Of a stretch of DNA of 64,000 nucleotides, positions 40,343-50,841 are shown piece after piece. The position numbers and the translations under genes are program-made. The notes under the pieces are model-generated. The model was given only the letters and a program-made list of their open reading frames with translations, ran no database searches and was not told the origin of the DNA. Position 1 is the first letter of the stretch. Every line of letters starts with the position of its first letter. The stretch is from an uncultured Spirochaetota bacterium (GTDB taxonomy: Bacteria; Spirochaetota; Spirochaetia; SZUA-6; Fen-1364), in NCBI GenBank assembly GCA_963745235.1, contig CAVUXE010000037.1, forward strand, positions 1 to 64,000. The letters are read 5' to 3'.

Positions 40343-41713
40343 ATGCCGCGTCAGCCCGATCTATTGCCCAGATCCAAGAGTCCAACCATCCCTGTGGCCG
40401 ACAACCATCGCCTCGTCCAGATCGCCGACACCCTCGATTGGGAGGAGCTGCAACAGCGCGCCCAACAGATCCGTCTGGCAAAGTTGAAGAACGCTGCAGG
40501 CCAGCCGCCGCATTTGCGCGCCACCCTCGGCGCTATGCTGTTCATGGCTACACGCAAGCTCACCTATCGGGAGGCGGAAGACCTCATCCAATACTACGCC
40601 CCGGCGCGTTACCTGTGCGGGCTGACCGAGACGAGCTGGACGCCGGACTTCACCACGATCCAAGACTTCACCGAATTGATGGGAGAGCAGGGGATCAATC
40701 TCATCAATCAGTACGTGGTGCACCTGGCGGTGAAGCAAAAGCTGGCAGATCCCAGGACCCTGGTGGCCGACACCACAGCGCAGGAAGCGGCAATCCCCTA
40801 TCCCAACGAGATGGGACTTATGTCCGCCTTCCTGCGCTCGGCGGCTGCCGCAGGGCGGAAGGTTGGCCGAGGGCTGAAGGGGTTTTTGCAACAGACGGCG
40901 AGTCAATTCCAGGCGGCCGGGCAGAAAGCTCGAGAGTACCGCCTGTTTGCCAAGACCAAGGAGAGCAAGGATCGGGTGATGACTCAGATGCTCACCATCG
41001 TCGAGAAGCTCAACGCGCATTTGGGCAAGGCGCTGGGCGAAGCTGCCGCACAGAGAACAAAGCTACGCAAGTACGCCATCGTGGCCAAGAGCAAGCTGGT
41101 GCAATTGCACGAAACGATGAGCAAATTGCTGCCGCAGATCCGCTACTGGATTCGCTCAGGCTATGTGGCCAGCGGCAAGATCATCAGCCTGCATATCCCG
41201 CAACTCTACAGTATCGTGCGCGGCAAAGTAGGCAAATCGGTGGAGTTCGGACTGAGCTGGGGCATTACGCGTCTGGCCGGTGGGTACCTGCTGGCCACGC
41301 TGGCCAAGGATCGCCGCGAGTTGGTGGACACGAAGTTTGCAGTGCGAGCAGTCAAGGACCACCTCGCGCTCTTTGGCAAAGCGCCGCTGGCATATGCCTA
41401 CGATCGTGGTGGATACAGCGCGCAGAACCTCTCCGCCTTGAAGAAGTTGGGGGTCAAGGAGGTGGGACTGGCCCCCCGTGGACGTACACAGTGGTCGGTA
41501 AGCAGACCGGTGCGCGACCGGCTGGTCAGAGAGCGGGCTTTGGTAGAGGCGGGAATCGGCTCCATCAAAAGTCCGCGCTATGGGTTCAACCGCCCGGCAG
41601 CCCGCTCGGTGACTATGATGGGCGCCTGCGGTCAGCGTGCAGTGCTGGGGTTCAACGCCAACAAACTGGTCCGAGAGCTTGCGCGCCGCAAGACAATGGT
41701 GCTGAGCGGTTGA
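40343..41713 (+). CDS. DDE transposase, IS5-like
   Basis: LDWEEL, PDFTTI, VADTT, IVRGKVGKSVEFG, YDRGG, RALVEAGIG. Confidence 0.88.
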   Translation: MPRQPDLLPRSKSPTIPVADNHRLVQIADTLDWEELQQRAQQIRLAKLKNAAGQPPHLRATLGAMLFMATRKLTYREAEDLIQYYAPARYLCGLTETSWTPDFTTIQDFTELMGEQGINLINQYVVHLAVKQKLADPRTLVADTTAQEAAIPYPNEMGLMSAFLRSAAAAGRKVGRGLKGFLQQTASQFQAAGQKAREYRLFAKTKESKDRVMTQMLTIVEKLNAHLGKALGEAAAQRTKLRKYAIVAKSKLVQLHETMSKLLPQIRYWIRSGYVASGKIISLHIPQLYSIVRGKVGKSVEFGLSWGITRLAGGYLLATLAKDRRELVDTKFAVRAVKDHLALFGKAPLAYAYDRGGYSAQNLSALKKLGVKEVGLAPRGRTQWSVSRPVRDRLVRERALVEAGIGSIKSPRYGFNRPAARSVTMMGACGQRAVLGFNANKLVRELARRKTMVLSG

Positions 41714-41905
41714 AAATCGATCTAAGAATCGATCATCAGACACAAAGACAAGTAGCAGCAAAGGGAAACGATTCCTACCGCACCGACAGCGCCTCTGAGT
41801 TGACGATGAAGGGTCACAGCGGACCGCCTACCGAGCAAGCATCGTGATAGCCGACGACGTACTGCATGCCACGCGAATCGCCGCCAAGAATTACCCGACA
41901 AGCTG

Positions 41906-41960
41906 TAGCTACGCAGCACCGCGTTGATCCTCGTCTGGCACCCGGCGCGGGGAGCGCGAT
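41906..41960 (-). pseudogene. BrnA-type antitoxin C-terminal remnant
   Basis: GCQTRINAVLRSY resembles the BrnA GYQTRINAVLR motif. Confidence 0.55.
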
Positions 41961-41968
41961 CGAATCCT

Positions 41969-42895
41969 CTAATTGAACGACTGTCTGAACTCCAAAGGCG
42001 AAAGATTGGTCTTCTTCTTGAATAACTTGCTGAAGGACTGGGAGTATTCAAATCCCAGCCTGTAGGCGATTTCGCTGACGGTCAGGTCTGTTGTTGACAA
42101 ATCCTGCTTGGCCTTTTCAATCAGCCTGTCCTGTATGTGTTGCTGCGTGCTCCTGCCTGTCAGGGCTCTCAGGAGGCTGCTCAGGTAGTTGGGGGATATG
42201 TTCAGAGCATCGGCAACGTATTGGACGGTAAGCAGCCCGTCCTTCGGGATGGCGTCTCCGTTGAAATAGTCACTCAACAACTCCTCCAGCCGGTCCAGGA
42301 TTCGATGGTTGGCTATTTTTCTCGTTATGAACTGGCGGTGGTAGAACCTCTGGGAGTAGGTGAGCAGCAGCTCTATCTGGGCGATGATGATGTCCTGGCT
42401 GAAGGCATCGATGTTGGCGTGGTACTCCTGTTCGATGTTCCGGATGATCTCCGTGATCATCCCCTCCTCCTTCGGGGAAAGAAACAGGGCCTCGTGTATC
42501 GAATAGCCGAAGTACTCGTGACTCTTAATCGTTTTGGCCAAAGACGTATTCCAGAGGAAGTCGGGATGAATGAGCAGCATCCACCCCGATTGCCTGAGCT
42601 CCTGGCCGGGAGCAAGCTCAACGCCAAAAACCTGTCCCGGCGCCATGAAGCTCATGACCCCTTCGTCGAAATCATACTCCTGCTGTCCATATTTCACCTT
42701 GAAAGGAAAGTTCTTCTTAAGAGCAATGCAATAGAAATCAAAAACGAGGCTCGTCGGTTCATCCCCGGAAAGATTCACATGGGTGATGACGCTGAGATCA
42801 ATGACGCTGATCAGCGGACGCTCGGGCGTGGGCAGGCCCCTGAACCGGTGGAAGTCGGCGATCATCTTGAATCGAAAGGGTCTGGTTCCCGGCAT
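41969..42895 (-). CDS. AraC family transcriptional regulator
   Basis: KYGQQEYDFDEG, ISPNYLS, SEIAYRLGFEYSQSFSKLFKKKT. Confidence 0.93.
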   Translation of the reverse strand: MPGTRPFRFKMIADFHRFRGLPTPERPLISVIDLSVITHVNLSGDEPTSLVFDFYCIALKKNFPFKVKYGQQEYDFDEGVMSFMAPGQVFGVELAPGQELRQSGWMLLIHPDFLWNTSLAKTIKSHEYFGYSIHEALFLSPKEEGMITEIIRNIEQEYHANIDAFSQDIIIAQIELLLTYSQRFYHRQFITRKIANHRILDRLEELLSDYFNGDAIPKDGLLTVQYVADALNISPNYLSSLLRALTGRSTQQHIQDRLIEKAKQDLSTTDLTVSEIAYRLGFEYSQSFSKLFKKKTNLSPLEFRQSFN

Positions 42896-42898
42896 ACC

Positions 42899-43824
42899 TC
42901 AGTGTACCTCGCTTGGATTGAAAACGGCGGCGAACTCCCGTGCGAAGTCACGCATCTTCACCCTTCCCAGGGACGGCCTGTTGCGGTGGTAGTCTTCAGC
43001 CAGCGCCCCGCTGTGATGGGCTGCATACATCTCCACGAGACCCGCAGCGATGCTCGGCTGTATTCCGGCGGCTACCAGGCCGGCCTGCATCTGCTCGCCG
43101 GGAATGATGATCCACCTCAAGTCAGGCTTCCCGATTGCCTCTCCCAGTATGCGCGCCGTTTCGCTGCAGGTGAGCTCGTCGCTTGCCACGTAGCGCACCG
43201 CTCGCGCGGCGCCCTTTCCGGCCTGCCTGCCCGAACGCGGCGCCACCAACTCTTCGGCAACCGCCGCGGCGATGTCGATGGGTGACGCCCACACCACCCT
43301 GTCCTCTTCCCCGTAGTTCGCGGCAATTACTCCCTGCCTCTTTACCATCTCCACGTAGCCGTACAGATTGTAGTAGAACCCGGTCGGCCGCATAAAGGTG
43401 ATAGCCACATCCTTCAATTTGTCGAGGATGAGCTCCATCTCATGGTGAAGGATAATAAGGCCCGAGCCCTTATCCAAATGAGCTCCGATACTGCTCAAGT
43501 GGACTACCCGCTTCACTCCCGCCGCCTCGATGGCCTGGGAGTAGGTAGCACCGATCTGGCGGACCTTTACCATTAGATCGAGATTTGGATCGGAGTAATC
43601 GCCGGGGGAAGCATAGTGTATACCGCATCTGCCCCCTGAAACGTTCGTGAAAGGAAATCGACATCCGTTACCGATCCGATGGCGGCCTTGGCGCCCAGCG
43701 TCTCTATCTCTTGCCTGCGTTCCGGCTTGCTGCTTATGACCGTAACTCTGTGTCCCTTCTGAACCAGTTCCTCCGTCAACGGCCTCCCGATGTGTCCAAG
43801 CGATCCGGTGAGTACGAGATTCAT
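42899..43824 (-). CDS. NmrA-like NAD(P)H-binding protein, frameshift at ~43605
   Basis: LTGSLGHIG, GADAVYTM, VVHLSSIGA, MRPTGFY. Confidence 0.88.
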
Positions 43825-44019
43825 ATGTGCCTCCGTCCAGGACAAGAAGGTAGTGAAATCCGTCCGCAAGACCATAGCCGGACCTCCGCTCCTTGTAGCC
43901 AGAACCAGAGGTTAGTGGAATTTCAGGCCATGCGGCCGGGTCGGAGGCATGCGCGGGCACGGGTTTCGCCATGAAATTCCGTCTTGCATCACTCGTTTTT
44001 CATGATATGCTTGCCTGTG

Positions 44020-45180
44020 ATGATCGAGCGCACCGATCTTCTTGCCGCCTTGAAGAAGGCTCTCTCCCGCAGCCGTGTCGTCGTCCTTACGGGACCACGC
44101 CAGTGCGGAAAAACTACGATAGCCCGCCAGTTTCTGGACGCGACATCAGCCAACTATTTCGATCTGGAGGATCCGGCCGATCTGGAGAGGCTGACTGAGC
44201 CAATGACGGCGCTCGGGCCCCTCGAAGGGCTGATTGTGATAGACGAGGTGCAACGCCGGCCGGATCTCTTCCCGATCCTGCGCGTGTTGGCCGATCGACG
44301 TGATGCCACGGCCCGGTTCCTGATCCTTGGAAGCGCTTCCGGTGATCTCCTGCGTCAAACCTCGGAAAGCCTCGCGGGGAGGACGGAGCGAGTGACCATT
44401 GGAGGCTTCTCATTGAGAGAGTTGGGTGCGAACGCTGAAGAGAAGTTGTGGCTTCGGGGAGGCTTGCCGCTCTCCTACCTCGCCCGAAGCGAAATTGACA
44501 GCGGAGCCTGGCGAAAGAGTTTGATCCAATCACTTCTTGAGCGCGATTTCCCTCAGTGGGGCGTCCGCGTGCCGGCCGTGGCTCTTCTTCGTTTCTGGAC
44601 CATGCTTGCGCACTATCATGGGCAGACATGGAACGCCGCCGAGCCGGCCCGCGCCATGGGAGTCAGCGAATCCACCGCCCGCCGCTATCTCGACCTTCTC
44701 ACGGATGCTTTGATGATACGGCAATTGCATCCCTATCACGCAAATGTCGGCAAGCGCCAGGTGAAGGCCCCAAAGATCTACGTTCGAGACACGGGACTCC
44801 TGCACCAACTCCTTGGCATCGGCACACACAAGGAGCTGCTCAATCATCCCAAGGTCGGGGCGTCATGGGAAGGGTTTGTCATCGAGCAGCTTCTGATGGC
44901 GGAGCCCCATGATGAAGCATTCTTCTGGTCCACCCATCAAGGCGCTGAGATCGATTTGATCCTGCGCCGAGGTGGCAAGCTTCTGGGGGTCGAGTGCAAA
45001 CGCACCGATACACCGCGAACGACGCAGTCTGTCAGAATCGCGATGGAGGACATTGGGCTGTCACGAGTCGCGATTCTCTATCCGGGAACCAAGCGTTTTA
45101 CGATCGCCGAAAAGGTGGAGGCCGTTCCCATACATACTCTCGCGAAGAGCGAATCGATCTTCGAGAAAGGCAAGGGATAA
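44020..45180 (+). CDS. AAA_14/DUF4143 ATPase
   Basis: GPRQCGKTT, VIDEVQ, ILGSAS, RGGLP, YVRDTG, EIDLI, GVECK. Confidence 0.92.
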   Translation: MIERTDLLAALKKALSRSRVVVLTGPRQCGKTTIARQFLDATSANYFDLEDPADLERLTEPMTALGPLEGLIVIDEVQRRPDLFPILRVLADRRDATARFLILGSASGDLLRQTSESLAGRTERVTIGGFSLRELGANAEEKLWLRGGLPLSYLARSEIDSGAWRKSLIQSLLERDFPQWGVRVPAVALLRFWTMLAHYHGQTWNAAEPARAMGVSESTARRYLDLLTDALMIRQLHPYHANVGKRQVKAPKIYVRDTGLLHQLLGIGTHKELLNHPKVGASWEGFVIEQLLMAEPHDEAFFWSTHQGAEIDLILRRGGKLLGVECKRTDTPRTTQSVRIAMEDIGLSRVAILYPGTKRFTIAEKVEAVPIHTLAKSESIFEKGKG

Positions 45181-45249
45181 TCGGATGCCTTATGGAGCTC
45201 AAGAAGGCAGCGCACGAACGGCATTGATGAGCGGCCGCTGTTCATTCCC

Positions 45250-45426
45250 GCCTCCTCCTCGGAGCTTCTCCGCGTCAGGGAAGTTGTCGAAGGTGTCTCC
45301 TGCAAATAGCAGGATATCCGCTTTCTTCCCATTTGCGATTCCGACAATCTCCGACAGGACTGACAGCGAGTACTCCTTTTCCGGGACCGACAAATGCAGG
45401 TCAGCACAATGAAGGATTCGCGTCAC
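45250..45426 (-). pseudogene. N-terminal fragment of an SbcD-like metallophosphoesterase
   Basis: ILHCADLHL...LFAGDTFD, then breaks off. Confidence 0.65.
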
Positions 45427-45649
45427 CTTCTCGGTGTTCCGGCAATTCGCGGCTTCAACGCCTGCCGCCCTACGCCTTCGCCCCGCTTCGTTGCATTGGA
45501 CTTGCACGCGCCTTTGTGTAACGTCATGTGGAGAGGCGGCATGTGGCCACAACTCTTGCGATCGATGATGAGTTGATACTCGAAGCGCAGAGGATCGGCG
45601 GGCACCGGACAAAGAAATCCGCTGTGACCGAAGCTCTCAAGGTATATAT

Positions 45650-46710
45650 CCAGCGGCTCTTTCGATGGTTGGATTTCTCGGCCGCAATAACGGACCGCAG
45701 GTGAGCGAAAGCCTTCTCCCGCCATTCTGACTTGGCTTTGAACCGATCCGTGTGGGCTTTGAGCTGCTTGTACTGTTCCAGCCGGGGATCTTCCACAAAG
45801 GCCGTCCGCATGAGGGCCATCGCCTCGTCGTGGCGGTCCAGGGCGTGGTATTCCTGCGCAAGGAGTTCTCGAAGCCTTCACGTCCGTGTGGTGTGGAAAA
45901 GCGCCCACGCCTTTTTCCGCCCACCGGACAGCCAGGTCGTCCCTGCCCGCCTTCTTGTATTCTTCCGCGATCTGAAGAAAGTGATATTCAGTCGATTGGT
46001 CGCGGGACAACACCTCCACGAGCTTCGAAAGGTCGCCGCTCTGCCGTGCCAGCGTCTCCATGATACGGGTGATCCTGAAGCGCGCATGGGACTCGCTGGC
46101 ATCGCGCGTTCCGGGACCCACGGGCTTCACCTTCGCCCATTCGGTCTCGGCGAGGACGCGGTACGCGCCCATCTCCTCGGGCCCCAACACATCGGCATAA
46201 GTTGAAGCAGCGTCGTAGAAGACGTCCCACTCTGAATGAAGCTTTCACGCGAAAAGCCTCTGCGCAAGTGCCTTCCCGCCCGGCCGGGCGCTTCTGCAGG
46301 CGCGGTGGTGGATGTCCCGCAGCCTGTCCAGGATGGGCCGGATGCAGCCGTCGGAATCGTCGATCGAATCCAGCTGGGCTTCGACCGCCTGAGCGCGTAT
46401 TCCGCAAGTTCGATGACCGCCTCGAGCTTGCCGGCTTTCCGCAGGCCATCGATGGCATCCACCACATCTTCGATACTCCGCGCGTAGGAAGCCGCCTCGC
46501 GCCAGTTGACGAACCCGTTGTGCCTGACCGCGTCGTCGATGACGGTGCGCAGCGCCTCCCCCTCGACAACCTGTCCCCTGGACCGCGGGGTCTCAAGGGG
46601 GAGTCGTCTCACCAGCCGGTGGTCACCCAACGTCGGCGCCAGGAGGATGTCGACCAGGTCTGACTTCTCGTGCGCCAGGAGGTGTCCGCGAAGGTCCTCT
46701 GCATGAATCT
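45650..46710 (-). pseudogene. Degraded SWIM-associated/DUF6880-like helical protein
   Basis: Fragments in several frames: EKSDLVDILL, FVNWREAASY, LGPEEMGAYR..AE.EW, AVRWAEKG. Confidence 0.55.
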
Positions 46711-47000
46711 CTGGCATCAGGTCGGACGATGCCCGATCCTCTTCTTGGTCACCGGGCGGTCGAAGGCGAGGTTGCCGAGGTGCGCATGCGCATCCAGGCA
46801 GCGCAAGGAAAGGCCCTCCTCCTGATGGGAGGCGATGCTCAAGGAGGGCATCCAGGTCGGCTATGGGCTGACTGGCCTCCACCCGGTCCTCCGACCAGCC
46901 CGCGACTACCCTGTCCCCTGTCCAGGTGGCAGAGCGTTACGAGAGATTGCCCGGGTCAAGCGAGCGGACATTTCTGCTTGTTTGATGGCAGGACCGGCTC

Positions 47001-47321
47001 TTGAGCGGCGCAGCGCGCCTGCTGGTTCCATCGCTCCATTACTGGGAGTTCGCCAACGCGCTGCGCACCCTGGCTGCCCGGAAGGCTATCGAAGAGGGAA
47101 CCGTTCAGGAGTTGCTGGACCTTCACTTGGACGCCCCGCTCGAGGTCGCGGAGCCGGACCGTCGCGAGGTATTTCGGATCGCGCTGGAGTATGGCGCAAC
47201 GGCCTACGATGCTGTGTTCATCTGCCTCGCGCTGGCCAACGATGTTCACCTGGTGACAGCGGAACGAAGCAGTACCCGATGGGTGAGGAAGCTCGGGGAC
47301 CGCGTGCAGCAGGTGCGGTAG
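47001..47321 (+). pseudogene. PIN-domain (VapC-like) toxin, N-terminus missing
   Basis: VPSLHYWEFANAL, TAYDAVFICLA, LVTAE. Confidence 0.75.
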
Positions 47322-47377
47322 CGGCTCGACCGACAATGCGCCGGCTCCGATGCGCAGGACCCTTATCCAACAAGTCA

Positions 47378-47401
47378 TTGAACGATAACGTTATCGTTCA
47401 A
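47378..47401. repeat. Perfect 24-bp palindrome
   Basis: TTGAACGATAACGTTATCGTTCAA. Confidence 0.9.
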
Positions 47402-47678
47402 ATGAGCGTCATGAAAGTAGTCGTTCAGAACGGACTCGAGCCTCGGCTCACGTGGCACTTCCGCAAAGGTCTTTCAATCGGCTTGGACGTGAAGCGCTGG
47501 TCAGGTGCAAAAGAGGTGGGACGGCGAGGTAGTTCATATGGCCCCTGGAATCGACCCAATGGTTGACCGCCTCTCACTCTACTTGTCGCTCAGGGGCTCC
47601 ACCGACGAGCGCGTGGAGGCCGGGCTGGGCGAGTTCCTTGCGGGAATGAAATGGTAAGCTGCTGAAGGCGATTGTAGA

Positions 47679-48554
47679 GTGACGACCTCAAGGGTGAGCG
47701 CCGCGAGCCATCTTGACTGCCAGGAGATTCGCTATCGCCTCCAGAACCACGCCGTGTTCCGACTTTTGCGCAAGGAGCGGGTAGCCTTCGTTCTCGCTTT
47801 TCTCATCTCCGCGTTCAAGACTCGCCAGCGCTGTGACATCCCGGAATCGGAGCTGGTCACCGTGCTCTCCTCCTACATCGACATGTTGCGGCTCACTGTT
47901 GGCGAAGGAGAGCTCACTCTGGACGCCCGAGCATCTCTGGAAGACTGGGCGAACGACGGGATCCTTCGCAGGTTCCATACCCCCCGTGCCGACGAGCCAC
48001 GCTACGACCTCACCCCGGAAGCGGAGCGTGCCATCGAGTGGATGCAGGGCCTCACCGCCCGGCAATTCGTGGGTGCGGAGTCGCGGCTCCTGAAGATATT
48101 CGACATTCTGAGGGAGGTTGTGTTCGGCGCTTCGCCCGACAAGGAGGAACGCATCAAGGAGCTCGAACGGTGGCGCGACCAGCTCGACCTGGAGATCGAA
48201 CGCCTGCGCTCAGGCTCGGGAGCCGTCATGGACTCCACGAGGATCAAGGAGCGGTACTTCGAGCTTGAGGATACGGCGCGGCGCCTGTTGGCCGACTTCA
48301 AGCAGATCGAGCAGAACTTCCGCGAGCTTGATCGCTCCGTGCGCGCCGAGCGACTGGCGGCGGAGCGTCCACGTGGCAGCGTCCTGAAAGACATCTTCGA
48401 GCTTCGTGACGCCATCATGGCAAGCGACCAGGGCAGGAGCTTCGCCGGGTTCTGGGCGTTCTTGATGTCCGCGGAGAAACAGGAAGAGCTTGAGGGTCTG
48501 GTGGAGCGCCTGCGGATTCCAGACTTACTCGGGGAGAGACATGAGAGGCAATAG
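47679..48554 (+). pseudogene. Truncated DUF3375 (Wadjet JetA-like) protein
   Basis: LEDWAN.GILRR, YDLTPEAERAIEW, FVGAESRL, NFRELDR, SDQGRSF.GFW.FL; ends early and no jetBCD follow. Confidence 0.8.
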
Positions 48555-48843
48555 TGAATCCGGAAGAAGCACACCGCTGTTGGGCGGGACTCGACCAGCG
48601 TTCCCGCGGGCTCCCTGAGCCTCACTGGCTTTCCGCCATAAATGAGCCCTTTGTTCAGCGGCGTGCCAGGGGAGACTCCGCCGGCAGAATAGTGACTGAC
48701 ATCGAGTTTGCTCGCTTTGACGGGGAACCCACATCGCGCAAACTCTACGGTTCTATTGCAGAGTTTGCAAGGTCATTGCGAACCTCAAGCGCGGTGTCGA
48801 TTTTGGCGCCTTCTCTTCGACAAGAAGGCGAGGAGGAAAGACA

Positions 48844-49431
48844 ATGAGGAAAATCATTGCAGCAGAGTTCATCACGCTGGACGGCGTGATCCAGGCGCCC
48901 GGCGGCGCAGAAGAGGACAAAGACGGCGGTTTTGTGCACGGCGGCTGGACCCGTCCGTACTGGCATAGTGACATCGGCAAGCATTTCTTTGAGGCTTTCT
49001 CCCAGGCGGACGCGCTCCTGCTGGGACGCAAGACCTGGCAGATCCACGGCGGTGCGTTCGAGCCCATGAAGGCCGGTGATCCGTTCGGGGATTCGATGAA
49101 TGGGATCCAGAAGTACGTTGTTTCAACCACGCTGAAATCCACCACTGCGTGGCGGAACTCGACGCTCATCAGCGGCCAGGTGGTGGCGGAAGTGCGCAAG
49201 CTGAAAGAGCAGACCGGGAAGGATATCCTCGTCGACGGCAGCAGCGCGCTTTTGCACACACTCATCCAGAACGACCTGATCGACGAATACGCGCTGCACG
49301 TGTATCCACTGGTGTTGGGCGGCGGCAAGCGGTTGTTTCCAGAAGGGAAGCGTCTCAACCTGAAGCTCAATCAATCCATCCCGCTTCCCACTGGGGTCAT
49401 CTTTCAGAAGTATGAGCCCGTCCGGAAATGA
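48844..49431 (+). CDS. Dihydrofolate reductase-like (RibD C-terminal) protein
   Basis: TLDGVIQAPG, LLLGRKTW, KYVVSTTL, LIDEY, VLGGGKRLF. Confidence 0.9.
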   Translation: MRKIIAAEFITLDGVIQAPGGAEEDKDGGFVHGGWTRPYWHSDIGKHFFEAFSQADALLLGRKTWQIHGGAFEPMKAGDPFGDSMNGIQKYVVSTTLKSTTAWRNSTLISGQVVAEVRKLKEQTGKDILVDGSSALLHTLIQNDLIDEYALHVYPLVLGGGKRLFPEGKRLNLKLNQSIPLPTGVIFQKYEPVRK

Positions 49432-49482
49432 GGCCTCCCCTTGAGCGCTGCGCGAGCAGAGACTCCTAAGACAGCGGGACGG

Positions 49483-50701
49483 TCAGATCCCGAGAACCTC
49501 CGGGAGGCCCTCCGCGGGGACTCCTTCCAGGATCAGGCCTTCCAATTGCTTCCCCAGGGTCTTGACCCTGGATTGCCCGGGATTGGGATAGATGTCCAGG
49601 ACGGCGCCCACGCTGTGGCCTTCCCGCTCCCAGACTCTCAGATACAGGGACGGTGTGCACCGAAGGACGCGGGACTCCGCGACCGGGTCCGAAGTGACTC
49701 CGCTGTAATTCAAAGAAAACAGGTAGCCGCCAAAGGCCTCACATTTGAGCCTGTAAGGCCGGGGCTCCGGGTGCGCGTCTCCTCCTGCCATGTTGATTCC
49801 CGCGATGGCCCCAGCGCCTTCGGCTGAATGCCACAGCCCCCATGATGCGCCCGGCAGCGGGGCCGCCGCGTCCCCTGCCGCGTAGATGCCCTCGATCCCC
49901 GTTTTCATATCGCGCCCCACGATCACCCCGTTGCGCTTGCCCTTTTCCCGCGGAAGCCCGACGGAGTCAGCCAGGTCGGTCGCACACCTGGCCCCGACGG
50001 AAGCAGCAACGATCCCCGCCTCCAGCTCTCCTTGTTCTGCCAAGAGGCGACAGCTTCGAGCGTCGCGCTGCACTTCGCGAATGTTTCCCATCAGCCGCAC
50101 GTCCACCCCTGCCGCCCGTATTCGCCTTTCCAGGCGGTGACTGGCCTCATCATCCAGATGACCGTCCATGAGACGCTTGCTGTGCCCCACCAGGCTCGTC
50201 GTGATCCCCTGTGCGGCAAACTGGTCCGCCAGCTCCACCCCCTGGACCCCAAAGCCAATGGAAACGGCCTTCGCTACCTCCCGCGCCCCGAGGGCAATCG
50301 CTTCGGCCTCGTGGATCCAGCGCAGATAAGTGAGATGCTCCGAGCCCGCAACGGCAAGGGTGGCGGGCTCTGCACCGGTTGCGATCAGGAGTGACTGGTA
50401 CCCCACCACCTCGCCGGTGCTCAGAAATACCTCTCGAGGAGAGGGTTCGATCCTGACGGCGCGTGTTCCCTGAAGGAGCTCGATCCTGTTTGTCAGATAC
50501 CATTCCGTGGGATGGACGGCAAGGCCGTCACGAGAAAAGCCTTGAAACAGCTGCTTTGACAGTTGAGTGCGCTTGTAGGGCAGCCGGTCTTCTCCATGGA
50601 TCAGGAGGACGGATCCCGCAGGGTCCCGGGAACGGATTGCCCCGGCGGCTGAGAGCCCGGGCAATGGAAGCGCCCACGATGACATATGAATAGCGTTTCA
50701 C
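49483..50701 (-). CDS. FAD-dependent pyridine nucleotide oxidoreductase, frameshift at ~50658
   Basis: YVIVGASIAGLSAA after removing one base; LLIATGA, IGFGVQGVELA, IYAAGD. Confidence 0.85.
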
Positions 50702-50841
50702 CGCAATGCAATTATAGACCAGGGTCCGGCGCGCACGCAACGGTCTCTTGGGATTGCCGCCCGCTCCGCGTGGCGTGGAGACAGGGGATTAACAGATCCT
50801 TAAGCAAGAGCACATACAATCTTGATCACCGGGAGAGAAGC

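Larger units (their letters stand above)
39753..41905. mobile_element. IS5-like insertion sequence (~2.15 kb) with a passenger gene
   Basis: Terminal IR CAGCTTGTCGGGTAATT (39753-39769 and 41889-41905); TAGCTA on both flanks (39747-39752 and 41906-41911). Confidence 0.9.
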
